The notes: a model not told the origin generated them from the letters alone. Counted from the stretch's first letter, positions 36,054-49,400 are shown. The stretch is DNA of 64,000 nucleotides from Balamuthia mandrillaris (GCA_031835245.2 JAVKOQ020000029.1:1-64000), one strand, 5' to 3'. Translations and numbers: made by a program.

Positions 36054-38412
36054 TGTGATGGAGAAAGTACCTAAGAAGACCAGCTTCTTTGCAAAACTTA
36101 GATATCACCGCTTCTCTTGCCAAATTTTCTTCCGGTGGGGGGAGAAGGTAATGCTTTACTGCGCAATCGAGACCGCGCCACTCCGCCTCATAAACGATAG
36201 AAGAGGAACCTTGATATAACTTTCGTCGTATTTGCACGTTGTCCATCGATATTTTGTATGGGAAGGGGTTTGGCTTCATTCGTCCTGACTCGATGAGCAA
36301 AAGATCGGTTTCACGTTTCAGAAGCGCAGGAAGAGAATCCAAGTCTTGTTGCTGCTGTACAGGCTGTGGCTCGTCTTGTTCTTCTGTTTCTTGATCTTCT
36401 TTTTGTTGTTTAAGGGAAGGAGGAGGGGAAGAGCTTTCTTCAGTAGAAAGGATAAGGGAAGGACTGCTGGGTTCGTCCAAAAGAGACTGCTGAGATGGTT
36501 GTTTGGATTTGGGATGTAACAAAGGAGGAGAGGCTTGTTTTTGTCCTTGTACTTCTGCTTCTACTGCAGGTACAGCATTCAGCGCTTCGTTCTCATTCAT
36601 CTTGCCCGTTGGTTGTTGCTCATCATCATACCGAAACGAATAATAAAGTCGAACAGCACCAACAGAAGGCAACATCGCCAGAAATAGGCTATCAGCCAGG
36701 TTTTCATCTTTGCTCCTCCGTTCTTTATCCTCTTTCTCTTTCTCCTCCGTCTCATTCTCTGTTTCGCTATTATTTGCAATGTTGAGGCCAACAAGGCAAG
36801 TCATGTAGGAGATGGAAGGTGGAAGTGTGCACAAATGATTGCAGGAAAGATCTAAAGTCATCAAGCTCTCTCGCAACTTGTAGATGCGGGAAGGAAGAGC
36901 GGTAAGTTGATTGGCGGAAAGATAAAGTTTCTTGAGGTGACGAAGCTTACAAACGGAGGCGGGAAGCTCTGTCAAGCAGTTGTTGTTGAGGTTGAGACTC
37001 TCCAACATCATCTCCGAGTGAAAGAGGGGTTGGAGGTTCCTTAGTTTGTTCTCATCAAACTCGGTAGTGTTTCTCGTTGTGGTGATACGATTGCTTTGTA
37101 AGTCAAGATAAAGGAGGTCGTGCAGGTTAGATAATCCTTCCGGAAAACGAGTCAAACAGTTATGTTCCAAACGAAGCACCTCCAAGTCGGTCATACAGCC
37201 CAACTGTTGCGGCAACTCTGTGAGTCTGTTCCAAGAAAGGTCGAGTTCCTTAAGAGCCATCCATCCTTGCAGTGCCTGCTCAGGAAGCGGAGAAACGAGA
37301 CCCCACTCGCCCTCTCTTTCTCTTTCTTCTTCTCCCAAATAGTTGTGACTCAAATCCAGTATGCTGAGATATCGAAGTGCACCCATCTCCGTGGGGATAG
37401 TCCGAATGCGATTGATGCTGAGGTTAAGTCGTCGAAGGTAGACCAAGCGACCCATCTCCTTGGGCAACGCTCTAATGGCATTGTTGGAGAGATCGAGATC
37501 GGTGATGGTGGTGGCGGCGAGCTGAAGGCAAAACTCGGAGGGGACTTCCTCGATCCACCGATTGGAGGCCAGAGACAGCTCTTTGACGTGAGCGAAGAGA
37601 GGGGCGTGGTCCTTGAGGCAGAATCCCTCGGGAATGGCGGAGAGGGCGTTGAAGGAGAGATCGACTATGAAGAGCTGAGCGTTCATGGGGCAGAAGGAGC
37701 AGCGTGTAAGGCCGTTGTGGCTGAGAGTAAGTCTTTTGAGCAGGGTCCTTCGCAGCGGCTGTTGGTTTGAGTTGTTCTGGGTTTTTTTTTTCACCGTAGA
37801 GAAAGAAGCAAAGTTAGAAGAAAAGCGAAAGAGCGAGGAGAAAGGAGCAAGGAAGAAAGAAAAAACCTTATTTGAAGAGGAGGAGGTTGAGACAGAAAAG
37901 ACGTCCAAGAAAAAATCCATAGATAACTCACTCAAGTCTTTGTACCCTCTCAGCGTGAAGTTACCTCCTTCCAGCACGTCCATTCGTAGGTTCACGACCT
38001 CCACTTCCTCCTCCCCCTCCCCCTCCTCTTCCTCTTTGGCGGAGGAAGGGGGCTCCCGCTTCGCGTGAAGGAGCGCCTCAGAGAGCGAAACATCGCGTTG
38101 TAACAGATTCCACCCGGTGCATACCGCTCCACGAAAAAGCGGTACCCAGATCAAAAACTGGGCAGTGTCACACAGAGCGAGCGAGAGAGAGAAAGAAGTA
38201 TTCCAGTTAACAAAAGAAGACGGGATGAGAAGATGCTGTGAGGGTGTAATTACCATGTTGGGTAGCGCAAGTTGCTTCCACACTTGGCGATAGAGCTTCA
38301 TTACTGAGGTGTCCCTACTGAGCTGCACGACCATGCGGTCGTAGTAGTGGCACCCATTGATCTGCAGCTGCAGCCGCAGCGCTCCTCCCCCTCTTGTCTG
38401 TTCTGTCTCCAT
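35191..38412 (-). CDS. Leucine-rich-repeat protein with C-terminal TKL-like pseudokinase domain; multi-exon
   Basis: More than 10 LxxLxLxxNxL repeats, then LYQGSSSIVYEAEWRGLDCAVK, IIHNALHSRNIL, VKLSGFG, CLAPE and SDMYSFGLLLREL. Confidence 0.85.
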
Positions 38413-39784
38413 TTTTCTTTTTCGCGATCTTTGTTTTTAGTGTAAGTTTATGAGATCAACCTAATAGGAATGAGATCCCGTTTACTTTTCATTTGACTGG
38501 TTGGTTTGTGCTATCGATCGTCTTGCAATCACTCAATAGGAATTCAAAGATGCGAACGAATGTCCATTTTACGAGAAGAAAATCGCAGCCTGGTGAGTTT
38601 CGCTAGGATGCTTCCGTGAAAAACCATGCGCAATATATCTTGCTTGCCAAATTAGGAATATAAACATAGCAACGAGATCTTCAGAGATACCAGAACTCCG
38701 TTAGGAGTTTATACTATCGAATCAGAAACTGCGGAGTGGAGAGGGAGCCCTCGTTTGTTACATGAACACCGTATTTTCTGCGTCCTCCCCGCGGTTGTCT
38801 TTCGGTTTTTTTAGGTGAGTTAATTAATAGGTAAAAATTTTCCCCCAATTTCCCTTGGTCATTTTTCCTTCTGCACCTTACGGCCTGGCCCTCTTTCTTC
38901 CACCTTAAAAATATTTTTTTCTTTTTTGTAATTTTCCACTTTCTCTCTGCTGCTCCCTCTCCCGTTTTTTTTTCTTCCTTTCAGCCCCTCTCTGCTTACT
39001 GCTACTTTCACTCGTTGAACCGCAGCTGCGCACCACACACATTTTAGTTTATATTTTTTATTTTTTTGCACGTACCGCACGAGAAACTAGTGTCAGACAG
39101 AAAGAAGCTCAACTTTCTCACTTTTGTGTTGAACCAACGTAGCACCAATCGTTGCACTGTTCAATCGTTGCCTTCTTTCTTTCTGCCACTGTTCTTTTTC
39201 ATACTTTCTTTATTTTATTTTTTTTGTTGGGGCGGTTCATCACGACTACGGTCCCTCTGCTACGTTGTTTTTTTTACTTTTTGATTTGAAGGAGAGCTCT
39301 TTCCCTCTCTTTCGCCATCATTTTCTTTCAGCGACAATACCACAACATCAGAGCCTTTTGGCAGGACCGAGCCGCCGAACTCTCTGCACAGAGGAGTTCA
39401 GAGGGAAGAGAAACTCTTTGATTGCCTTCTCTTACCCTCTTTTCTTGATCTTTAGCCTTGGCACGTTTTATTGCGCCTCGCCACCACTTGGACACTATCC
39501 CCATTGATTCACCTTTACATCACTAGGTTGGTTGCTTTTGTTCTGTTATCTTCAGTTTTTTTTGTTTCGTTTTTCTTTCTTCCCTTTCAGCCTTCATGAA
39601 TAAAAAAACCACAACCTCGCAATCGTCAAACACACGGGCATCAATTCTGCTGCGCACGAACGCACAAAAAGAAGAGATTTGTTTGTTTTTCGTTTTCGAT
39701 CGAACCAATTTTATTATTATTTTTTAAATTTTTTTTAGGGATCTTAAATCTAGGGGACCCCTTTGATCTTTCGTTCTCCATCTT

Positions 39785-39825
39785 CTCGTTTCATCGATTC
39801 ATTAAAAATAAATCGATGAAACGAG
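39785..39825. repeat. Perfect 15-bp inverted repeat with 11-nt loop
   Basis: CTCGTTTCATCGATT (39785-39799) and AATCGATGAAACGAG (39811-39825). Confidence 0.95.
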
Positions 39826-39906
39826 TTTTGAAGTTTGTTTTTTTACTGAACTAATCATCGTTCGTTTTGATGGTTTTTTTAAGGACTTTACTTCATTTAG
39901 ACCATC

Positions 39907-40521
39907 ATGCAAACGCCATTTACCGTTCCAGTTGCGGATGACCTTTGCTCCTTAGGAGTACGTTCCTATCCTCTTGCTTTCTTGCTCCTATCCTCCCTCT
40001 ATAGCGTTTTTCCATCTCTCTTGCCATATTCATTTCTTGCTTCCTACCTTTCTTTTCTCTGAACTTATTTCCTTGTCCTCTGTACTGTTCTTATCCCCAT
40101 GTCCGTGTTGACTGACTGGTTTAAAAAACACTATTTTTAGTTGGAGCTTTGCGACAACTTTCATGGCATTGTGGCAGCCACGTTTGGGGTGCTCTGCCTC
40201 ATTTTTCTTGCCCGTTTGTTGCAATTCCCATTCGATTCCAAGAGAAGGCTGCTTGCTAAGCAATGCGTGCTGCACGTCCTTCTCTGTGTTGCATGTGGAG
40301 GTAAATTTTTGTTGACGTGTTGCTTTGCTTCTTTATCCTTTCTCGATGTTAACAGTCTTTTGCTTTGTTTCAATTCAAAAAAGCTTTTGCCGGGCGTTAC
40401 CTCCTGTTGTCAATGTTCGACGCAGCAATGGCCCAGCTTTCTCTGTGCTTCCAGATGTTCTACTTCCTGCCTTATCTCCTCATCTTTTCGGCAGTCACTC
40501 TTACTACTCACATGTGGTATG

Positions 40522-40562
<41 letters not shown>

Positions 40563-42549
40563 GCTGACTTACACAAAATCTAAAAGGTTGGAACTCTACT
40601 ACATGGTGGTTCGCCGAAACAAGAAGAGAAAGCTTCATAGAGTGGCCACTCATACGTTGATTATTAACGGGCTGGTCTATCTCACGACACTCTTTGTATT
40701 CTTCAACTTTGAGATTCAATGGACCCTGTTGCCTCTCATCATTGCCGTGGTCCTCCTGTTCTTCAAGTTTTGGGAGGAAGGCATCGGCAAGTATAAGAGA
40801 AACACCGACCAACTCTCAAAGAGGGCTACCAGCAGCATCGTGCTGCGCTTTGCTACCTTCACTAGGAAGACTGCAATGGTGTGCGCCTCCTTGATGTTGA
40901 CTGTAACTGTCGTTGGCATCTACCTCTACCTTAGCTCCCATATCACTGATGACGACTCCACGTCCTCTCAATGGGTACGCCAAAACTCTCTCTCTCTCTC
41001 TCCTGTTGCTAAGCGTTGCTTTACTCTGCAGATCTCGCTGTTCATCATTAGTCGTTTCTTGACACTTCGCTTGTTGGAAGTCACCCTGATCGTGCTGCAC
41101 CTCAATTGCCTCAGCAGCACCGCCACTTTGACCCGCCAACCCCTCCCCGTCGACCCGAAGAACTTATCGAAGGAATGGCTGACGACCATCCTCCAAGAGG
41201 AACGCGCTATCGAGAACACTACCTATGTCGCCTCCTTCCTCACCAAGACTCTCATGGGCGGCTGCCACTACAAAGTCAGCAAGATCAGTCTCGACTTTAC
41301 AGGAGAGTGCGTCGAGTCCTCCGCCCCCAAGACCATCGTGGTTAAGGTACTTCGCTGGAACCACCCCCTGAAGAAACGCCTTGAGTTGGAGCTGCGCCGA
41401 CAAACCGGGTTGCTCAACAAGGAGGCCATGTACCTAGTTAGCTACCAAATCGAGAGTCAGTTCTACTCCGACATTGCGGCCAATGTTCGCGGCTTCCACC
41501 TCCCCAAGGTCTACTATAACTTTGAGGACTGCTTCAACAACTGCTTTGGCATTGTCATGCAGGATATCAACTTTGCAGCCATGGCTGACGGACAGCCCGA
41601 TGGCTTCACCTTTGAGGAGTGCATGCTCTGCCTTAAGAAGCTGGCTGAGTTCCATGCCGCCTTTTGGGATCACCCCCGCTTGCAGCAAATGAACGTTTGG
41701 GAGTTGGGTGGCTATTGGACGGGCGACAAGCGAAGGGACCACAAGCTCCTCGTCCGCTCTGAATGGGCTAAAGCCTTGCGAAACTTTGCACATACCAAGG
41801 AATGGAAGAGCTGTTTGCAGCCCTTCTCCCCCACTTCTTCCTCCTCTTCCCTTACTGACGCAGATACTGCTTCGACTACCAACAACAACACGAGCAACAA
41901 CAGCACAAACTCCAACTCGTCTATCCCGCTTCTTCCTTCTTCTCCTGCGTCAACTTCTTCTGCCGCTTCTTCTCCTACTGCCACAGCTTCCGAACCAATC
42001 AAACGAAACTCTTTGTCTCGCCGCGATCTGACAAAGCTAGGAGAGCGGCTGGAGCGCAACCTCCCCAAGATCATGCGCGAATTCGACGACATGCCCCGTC
42101 GCACCCTCATCCACGGCGACTTTAAGATCACCAACCTCTTTGTCGACCACAGCAGCTGCGCCGAGCCCTCCGTCTGGACCATCGATTGGCAGTGGTTGGG
42201 CCGAGGGGCTGGCGTCGTCGATGCTGCCTACTTTGTGGCCACCAGCGCCAGCCTCGACTGCCTCACGCAACGCAACCTGCGGCACTGGATCAAGAAGAGT
42301 TACTACCGCTCGCTGCTGCACCACGGCGTCACCAACTATCCCTTTAAGCAGTTTTGGAGGCAGTTCATGATCTGCTTTATCGACTTTTTCGTCTACACGG
42401 TGGTCTCCAAGTGGGCCTACATGACGCCAGAGGAGGTCGAGAAGTACTACACCACCAGGAAGGACGGGCTGCACTTGAGGACTCTGTCGCACATGAGGCG
42501 ATTGATCGAACTGGCGGAGGAGTTTATGACCGAATTGGAGTTCTTTTAA
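39907..42549 (+). CDS. Multi-pass (about 7TM) membrane domain fused to an EcKL/APH/choline-kinase-like phosphotransferase, 5 exons
   Basis: Exons 39907-39957, 40141-40300, 40384-40516, 40587-40974 and 41032-42549 splice in frame, giving seven hydrophobic segments followed by IVVK, E-x-x-FY, LAEFHAAFW, RTLIHGDFKITNLF and IDWQWLGRG..DAAYF. Confidence 0.85.
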
Positions 42550-42725
42550 ACAAAACAGCAAGAAGAAGAAGAAAGAAAACAAAAGCACGAACGAACGAAC
42601 GAACAATCAACCCCCCTTTAAAGAAAAAAGATTTTTTTTTTATGTTTTGTACAATAAGACAAACTTTAGATTGTGAAGAATGAATTAAAAAAAAAAACAT
42701 TACAAAAAGGATGCACTTCAAAGCT

Positions 42726-45700
42726 TCAAGTGAAGGTGGCGGCTCTGTTGCGTTGCGTTTTTTGCGTTTTGAAGGAGATGGTTCGGAGGAGCTTCTTCTC
42801 TTGCTTCTCCATCTCCTTAAAGTGCTTCTTGTTGTCCCTCTCGATCTTCTTTCCCTCCAAAACGTACTCTTGCACGGCTTCGCTGTCCCCACCTTTTCGT
42901 GTTGTCGTCGTTGGTTTAGAATAGAAATGGAAAAAGAAAGGAAAAAGAACGGAAAAAGTTTCTCTTCCTTCGATGAAATCATCCAGAGCCACAAACCTTT
43001 GCCTTTGGCGTTGGCCGCTTCCTCGTTTGCTTTCGCTCGTGCGTAAAGCTCTTTCTCTTCCATGATGGGAAGCTTGTGCAACAAAAACTCCTCGATGGGC
43101 GGCACCACGTAATACACGTAGGGCGCCTTCTGGTAGCGTTCTATCTCGCTGATGACTTTGCCCAACAGCATCATCTTGTTGAAGTTGATGAGGCCGTCCT
43201 CCGTCATGGTGGGCACTTCCTCGATGAAGGTCAAGTCGGAGAGATAAACCGCTGGTATTGTTGGAAGAAAGAAAGAAGCTCGAGTTAGCAACCAACTCAA
43301 CCATGATAACTCAGATGTAAAAATATAGAACCTTGGAAAGGAATGAGAGGAGGAGAGACGGCAGCAAGTCGGTCTCGGTAGTTCTTGTAGTTGCCGGATG
43401 CGTCCATCATGTGCTCTATCTCCTTCAGAGCGGCGATGTACTTCTGCGGAAGCATCTTCCATGTCGTCTTCAACCTCTGTACACACCCGAGATTCAAGGA
43501 GGCATATATCTGCATTACTCCATGAAAGTTGTTCATCGAACGAAGAAACTGTTTACAGACCAACCAACGCGTTGAAGATAAGAATAGAGGTGTAACGAGA
43601 AAGAAACGAAGAGCAAGATGCGAACCATTGCAACTTGTATAAACCGAGAGAGCACTTCCACTCTTAGCTTGGGGTTGGCTGTGCTGATGATCTCGGTGGC
43701 CACCCAAGAGCATACCTTGTTGAAACGCTCGGTCAATAATTGTACGTTGGCGGCTTTGGTCTTGTCTCCCTTTGCCCATGCGCATTTGTACAGCTCCGTT
43801 GGGGAGATGCATCGAAAGACAGCGTGGTCCACCAGCGTCATCTGACGAGCCACCTCCAACGGATGAAGATCGATGAACGACAGTTTTTCTCTGAAAGAGA
43901 GTGAAGAGCAAACAGAGCGTCAATAACAACAATACTTCGGTCAAAAGAGATACGGATACCCAATGTTCATTGGCATGATTGGCTTAATGGATTCATCCTT
44001 GCTTCTCTCCAGGAGAGCGGCGGAGATGTCTCCCTGTTTGTTAATTTCCAATGGCTTCTCCTCCAGTGACTTTAGCAGCAAGGTCGCCCATTCCTTCTGC
44101 TTTCCCCCTTTGGCTATCATGCTGTTCATGAAGCCTTTGAATTCTTTGGCAAGCTGAGCGTCTCGTTGAAAGAAGTAAAAGTGGTTCTCTATCCACTTCT
44201 TCAGAACGTTTATCACTCTGTTTTGCGGATCAGTGTTTGTTGAAAAAAAAATCAGAGGAAGAGAGACTAACCTCAAACGGATAATCATTCGTTTAGCCTT
44301 GGCTTGAGTCCTATCGGAGGCGCTTAGCCCGCTCGGTAGAGGCATATTAAACGTGGGGAAGAGTAAAGGTTTACTATGGCGACATACCGGAGAAGAGAAG
44401 AAATCGAAAGAGAGAGAGAGAGAGAAACAGAGATGGCAGGTAAGAGAATGGAAGGAAAAGGATATCTCTCTTTAAGCTTGTCCAGAAGAGTAATAGAATC
44501 CGAGAAGTATGTATGCGTCACCAAAAGGTTGTAAATGTACTCTGCACCTGTTTCAACACAAGCTTTAAAGTCGAACGAAAGGTATCAAAATGACAGGGGA
44601 GTGAAAGCGTACCTGCCTGGTTGCTGTCGGCGGTAGCTTGAATGAGTTTATCTAAGGACCCAGCTGTGATGACCATCCTGCCGTCTACCTGTTCCCAACG
44701 AAGGTCTGGGCTGGACTCATACGGCGTTTTAGACACTGGAATAGGTGAGTTGGGCGCAGAGACGGATCCGCCAAGACTGAGGTTCTTTGCGTGGGGATGC
44801 AACAAGCTTGCAGGTTTCGTATCGATGTTGCTCTCACTAGGTATCTTGTTGGTGGTCGGGGCTTCCTTCGAACTCTTTCCAGGTCTCTCCTTCCCCTTTT
44901 TCTTCTTTGTCTTTAGTTTCATCTTTTGAACAAGACCTTCCTCCTCTTCCTCTTCCTCCTCGACTTCGTCGTGTAGCCCATAATGATAGTCCCAAGAGTT
45001 ACGAAAGTTTTCTGATAAGGTTCTTCTGGCTCCTGGTTTTCTCCTCGGTGTCGTGGGTGGTGATGGTTTCGCCAGAACCAACCTTCTCAATGTCGGAGAG
45101 GTAGGGCTGACCGACACTCCGTTTTCTCCTCCTGACTCTCTTTCTGCTGGTTCAGGAGCTTCGAGGATTCCTGACACAGGTGGACCAGGAAAACGCTCCC
45201 TTCGTCGGCGCTCCAGCCCGGTGTCCATCTCCAGCTTTTCCTTGTTCCCGTTGAAGGAATAGACTCGTTTGAGAACGACCTTTTCCCTAGCAGACAGCTT
45301 CTCCCATGTTGTGTAGAGAAGAGGGTCTCTGGATGGGATACGAATGAGGTTGACTGGTTGCAGCTTTTTACGGGTACCTTTCTTTTTCTTCTTCTGTTTG
45401 TTTTTGGAGGGGGTTGTGCCCGCGGATTTGGGTGCCCTTTCACTGCTGCCTTCGCCTTCAGAACTTCCGGTTTCCGCCAACTCTTGAAGGGAGCCAAGAC
45501 CTTCTATGCTGTTGTCTTTGGAACCAAGAGGGGAGGTCTGCTTGTTCCAAACCCTTGTGTTAAAGCAACATTGTCAGAATTGAAAGACAAAACAACGCTT
45601 CTTGGAAGCTTATACTTTTTCGTTCCTTGGCTAGAGTTGATGAGTTCATAGTATTGAAAAAGAGGATTTGCTCTGATAGTTTCTTTTCCGGATATAGGAC

Positions 45701-45848
45701 CGGCTGGTTCCTTTCCTTTCTTTCCACGAGGACTTCGGGGACTCTTGGGTTGTGCGTTGGTTAACGGGGAGGGCACGTGCGATCCTCCATTTGCGACGAC
45801 GAATTGAGGTGAGACGGAAGGAGAGCCGAGTCTGAGTAATGGGTTCAC
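42726..45848 (-). CDS. Ras guanine nucleotide exchange factor (REM + CDC25 domains); multi-exon, 5' end uncertain
   Basis: AGSLDKLI, RVINVLKKWIENHF, EVARQMTLVD, LTERFNKVCSWVATEI, NNFHGVMQI, NYKNYR, PPLIPF/YLSDLTFIEE and GLINFNK. Confidence 0.9.
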
Positions 45849-46625
45849 GATCTTTTGTTCCGGAGCAGAACTTTTTCTAGTGGTAGGTGTTGGGGCGCTT
45901 CTTTTCCTTCTGCGTTTTCGTGCATGTGGTTAACGATAACGAACGTCAAAAAAAAAAAAGGAGGGGAAGAGTAACCGAAGAGACATTGTCCAATGCTTTC
46001 CCTTGGGAACCGAGCAACTCAACCAACACTTCTATAATCTTTCTTCTTTCCGAGACAGCAACCGCTCAAGTTCTGACTTATCTGGTGTATTCCTTTTCTT
46101 CCCCTCTTTTAGTTTGTGGTGTCCTTTGACCTGAAACAACAAACCGATTTTTTATTAACGGCACGAAGCGTCGCGCTTTTTCCCCAAAAAAAGGTTTGCA
46201 CCTACGCTGTTCAAAGGCAACGAGCAAGGCTTGTCCTGCACGAAAAACACATAAAAATCCGCTACTGCCCCTGGACAAAGGCCCCGCGTTCCCGACCTCG
46301 CTCCGTCTTCCCTCCTCCCTCCCAGGCAACGTGACGTGTGTTTTCCTTTTTCTGTTGTTAATTAACAAGGAACCCTCGCAGGTCGCTACAGAAATTATTT
46401 CAAAAATAAAAGAAAATAGAAAAAATAAGAAAAGAAAGACGAGGACTCGGGAAATAAAGGCGAAACGCTCTTCTCTCTTCTTCTTCGCTCTTCTATCTCT
46501 TTTCTTTTTTCTTTTGGTGGAGTTTGGTCTCCTCTTTGAAAAAAAAAAAGACCTTCTTCTTTTTTCATCTCTTTTTCTTTTTTCTATTATTTATTGTTGT
46601 TCTTATTATTATTTTTTGGGCTGCT

Positions 46626-49068
46626 ATGGCCTTTCTCAAAAAGATTCGCGGAGGCAAAGAGAAGGAGAAAAGGAAATGGGCCTTGGAGCTTTACGATGTG
46701 GAACCTCTTCTGGTACCGTAGTAGTTTATTGTTGTTATCCACTACTTCTTTTTTTTTTTTTTTGTTGATCATCCACAACAACAAAAAAAAAAGCAATTAC
46801 CAGCGGGCTGCAGGCGGCTGCTCAAGCAGGCCAACGTCAACCCGGAGGAAGCCCAGAAGCACTACCCCATCGTCCTCAACTGCCTCTACTTTGATGTGAA
46901 GAGGGAGCCGGAGCTGCTGGCCGGCTTGAAGGCCGCCATCGCCAAGTACAAGGAGGAGAACGGCAGCAAGCAGGGCTCCCATAGGTCCGGCAGCAGGGCA
47001 GAGAAAAGAAAGGAAGAAGGAGCAGGAGGAGAAGGAGAGAAAAGTCCAACAGCCAAAAAAGAAAAGAAAGAGAAGGAGGCAGACAAAGAGGAGAAAGAAG
47101 AGAAGAAGGAAGAGAAGAAGGAAGAGAAGAAGGAAGAAAAGAAGGAACGCAGCAAGACAAAGGATGGAAAGGAGAAGAAGGAAAGGAAAGAGAAGGAGGA
47201 AAAGAACGACGCAGCGGAGGAAAGAAAGTCAGAAGGCAAGAAAGAGGCACGAGACGGAAAGAAAGAACGCAAGCAGCGAGATTACAAGAAGGAAAAACAA
47301 AGCAAACGGAGAAAGGAGGAGGAGTCTCAAGGAAGCGAAGTGGTGGTAAGCGGAGAAAGCAAAGGGGCGTCGGAGAAAAAGGAGGACAAGGATGAAACGA
47401 CAGAACGAGCAGAAAGCAAGACGAAAGACAAGTCCTCCAGTACAAACTTCTTTTTTACTCCTGTTTCCCTTCTTCTTTTCTTCGTTTTCACTCACAAACG
47501 AAACCCTTTAGGTCGACCAAAGAGCCCAGAGACCGGCAAAAAGAAGTATGGCACTCTCACGAGGACCGACTCGCTCTGCATGCACAACAGCAAAGCCAGC
47601 GATGACAGTGTCACGCAGACTTTAGGCGAGAAAAAAGACAAAGACAACCTCAAGAAGGCCTCAAAGCTGAAAAGGCATTCCATCGATCTCTCCGACTCAA
47701 CGGGCTTCTCTAGGATGAAGGATGACAGCAAGCAAGAAAAGGAACAGCACTGCCACACCTCTCCCGAAAAACCAGACAGCAGCAAGTCTGCTAACGGCAA
47801 AAGCGACGCGGACAAGGATGAGATAATCACACAAAAGTCTGAGATGAGCGAGATCATGACCTCCGGCGGCGGCACGATCGAGATTCCCAAGGAGCACTAT
47901 GACCTCTTCCTTCACGAGAATCCCAACGTGGTGTTTACCAACAAACACAAAATCGGTAAAGGGTACGTCTTGCATTTTTTCTGAAAGGAGAGGAACCAAG
48001 TCGCTCCAAACATTGGTACATTGTTTGACATTGGCTTTTATTTTTCTTTGCAGAGGATTCGGAGATGTGTATACTGGCAAAGATAAAGGGCTCAACCAAA
48101 CTGTACAGTTGCATTTCATCATAAGTTTTATTGTTCCTTCTTTCTTATCGTTCTTTTGAAAAAAGGTGGCCATCAAAATCCTGAAGAGAACGTACGCCGA
48201 AGATGCGAACACCGTATGTAATGAAATACAAATGCTCAAAAGTTGTCAACACGACAACATTGTAAACTATTTAAAATCATACCTTTGGAAAGACAAAATA
48301 TGGGTTCGTTCTTCTCTGTTCTCTCTCTCTATCTCTTCTCTCTCGTTATCGTTTCTCCCTCTCTCCTCTCTTCTATTTCTCTCTCATGTATGTTCTTTTT
48401 GACAGATGATAATGGAATATTGTGATGGAGGTTCCCTTCAACAACTTCTCTCCGAGGTGGAGTTGAACGAGGGACAAATCGCCAACGTCGCTCAACAGAT
48501 ACTCAAAGGACTGGACTATCTCCATAGCAGCAACCGCATCCATCGTGACATCAAGGCGGACAACGTCCTTTTAAACATGGATGGAAGGGTTAAACTTGGT
48601 TCGTGTTTTGGCTCTTCTCCGCGTTTTCCTTTTGATTCTCATTAACGCGCAACTAAACAAAACGAACAGCTGACTTGGGTTTATGTGCGGAGCTGAAGGA
48701 CGGAGATGACTCCAAAAGCAGTATTGTGGGCTCGCGGTACTGGATGGCACCTGAGATGATCCAACGCTTGCCGTACAATATTAAAGTGGACATATGGAGC
48801 CTCGGCGCCCTGTGTATAGAGATGGCTCAGAACCATCCTCCTTACTGGGGTCTTAGGCCCTTGAAGGTTCGCTCTCTTTTCTTCCCTCTTTTGTCTTTCT
48901 TCTTTCTTCTAACATTCTTTTAAAAAAGGCGATGTTTTTGGTGGCAACCAAAGGAGCTCCTCCTTTGAAGAATCCACGCAAATGGTCGCCCGAGTTTAAA
49001 GACTTTCTAGACAAGTGCTTCACGATGGATCCTGCTCAACGGCCTTCTGCTAGCGAGTTGTTAAAGGT

Positions 49069-49104
<36 letters not shown>

Positions 49105-49237
49105 CTCTTTCGCTTACATGTCTTCTTGAAAAATGCAGCACCCATTCATCGTGGAAAAGGCAGCTCCTATAGCGAAACTACAACAAGCGATCGGTATTGT
49201 GTTCTTGGGCAATTCTCTCCGAATGAATGGCTTTTGA
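46626..49237 (+). CDS. STE20/PAK-family kinase, multi-exon
   Basis: IGKG/GFGDVY, VAIK, NEIQMLKSCQHDNIVNY, MEYCDGGSL, HRDIKADNVL, DLG, GSRYWMAPE and LKNPRKWSPEFKDF. Last exon ends NSLRMNGF*. Confidence 0.93.
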
Positions 49238-49400
49238 ACAAAAACCAAAATAATTAAGAACTGATTCTTTACTATTTACAACATCATCCTTTTGAGGAAA
49301 CAAACTTTAGAATAAGAGGGCAAACACAAGAAGGAGAGACAGAGAGATACAATACCTCAAATATGTACAAAGCAATCAGCTTGAAACCGTTGCTTCTGCT

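Noticed and set aside
38413..39780. Long non-coding stretch searched for tRNA, snRNA or small genes
   Set aside because: No cloverleaf, Sm-site context or convincing ORF recognised by eye; an Infernal/Rfam scan would be needed.
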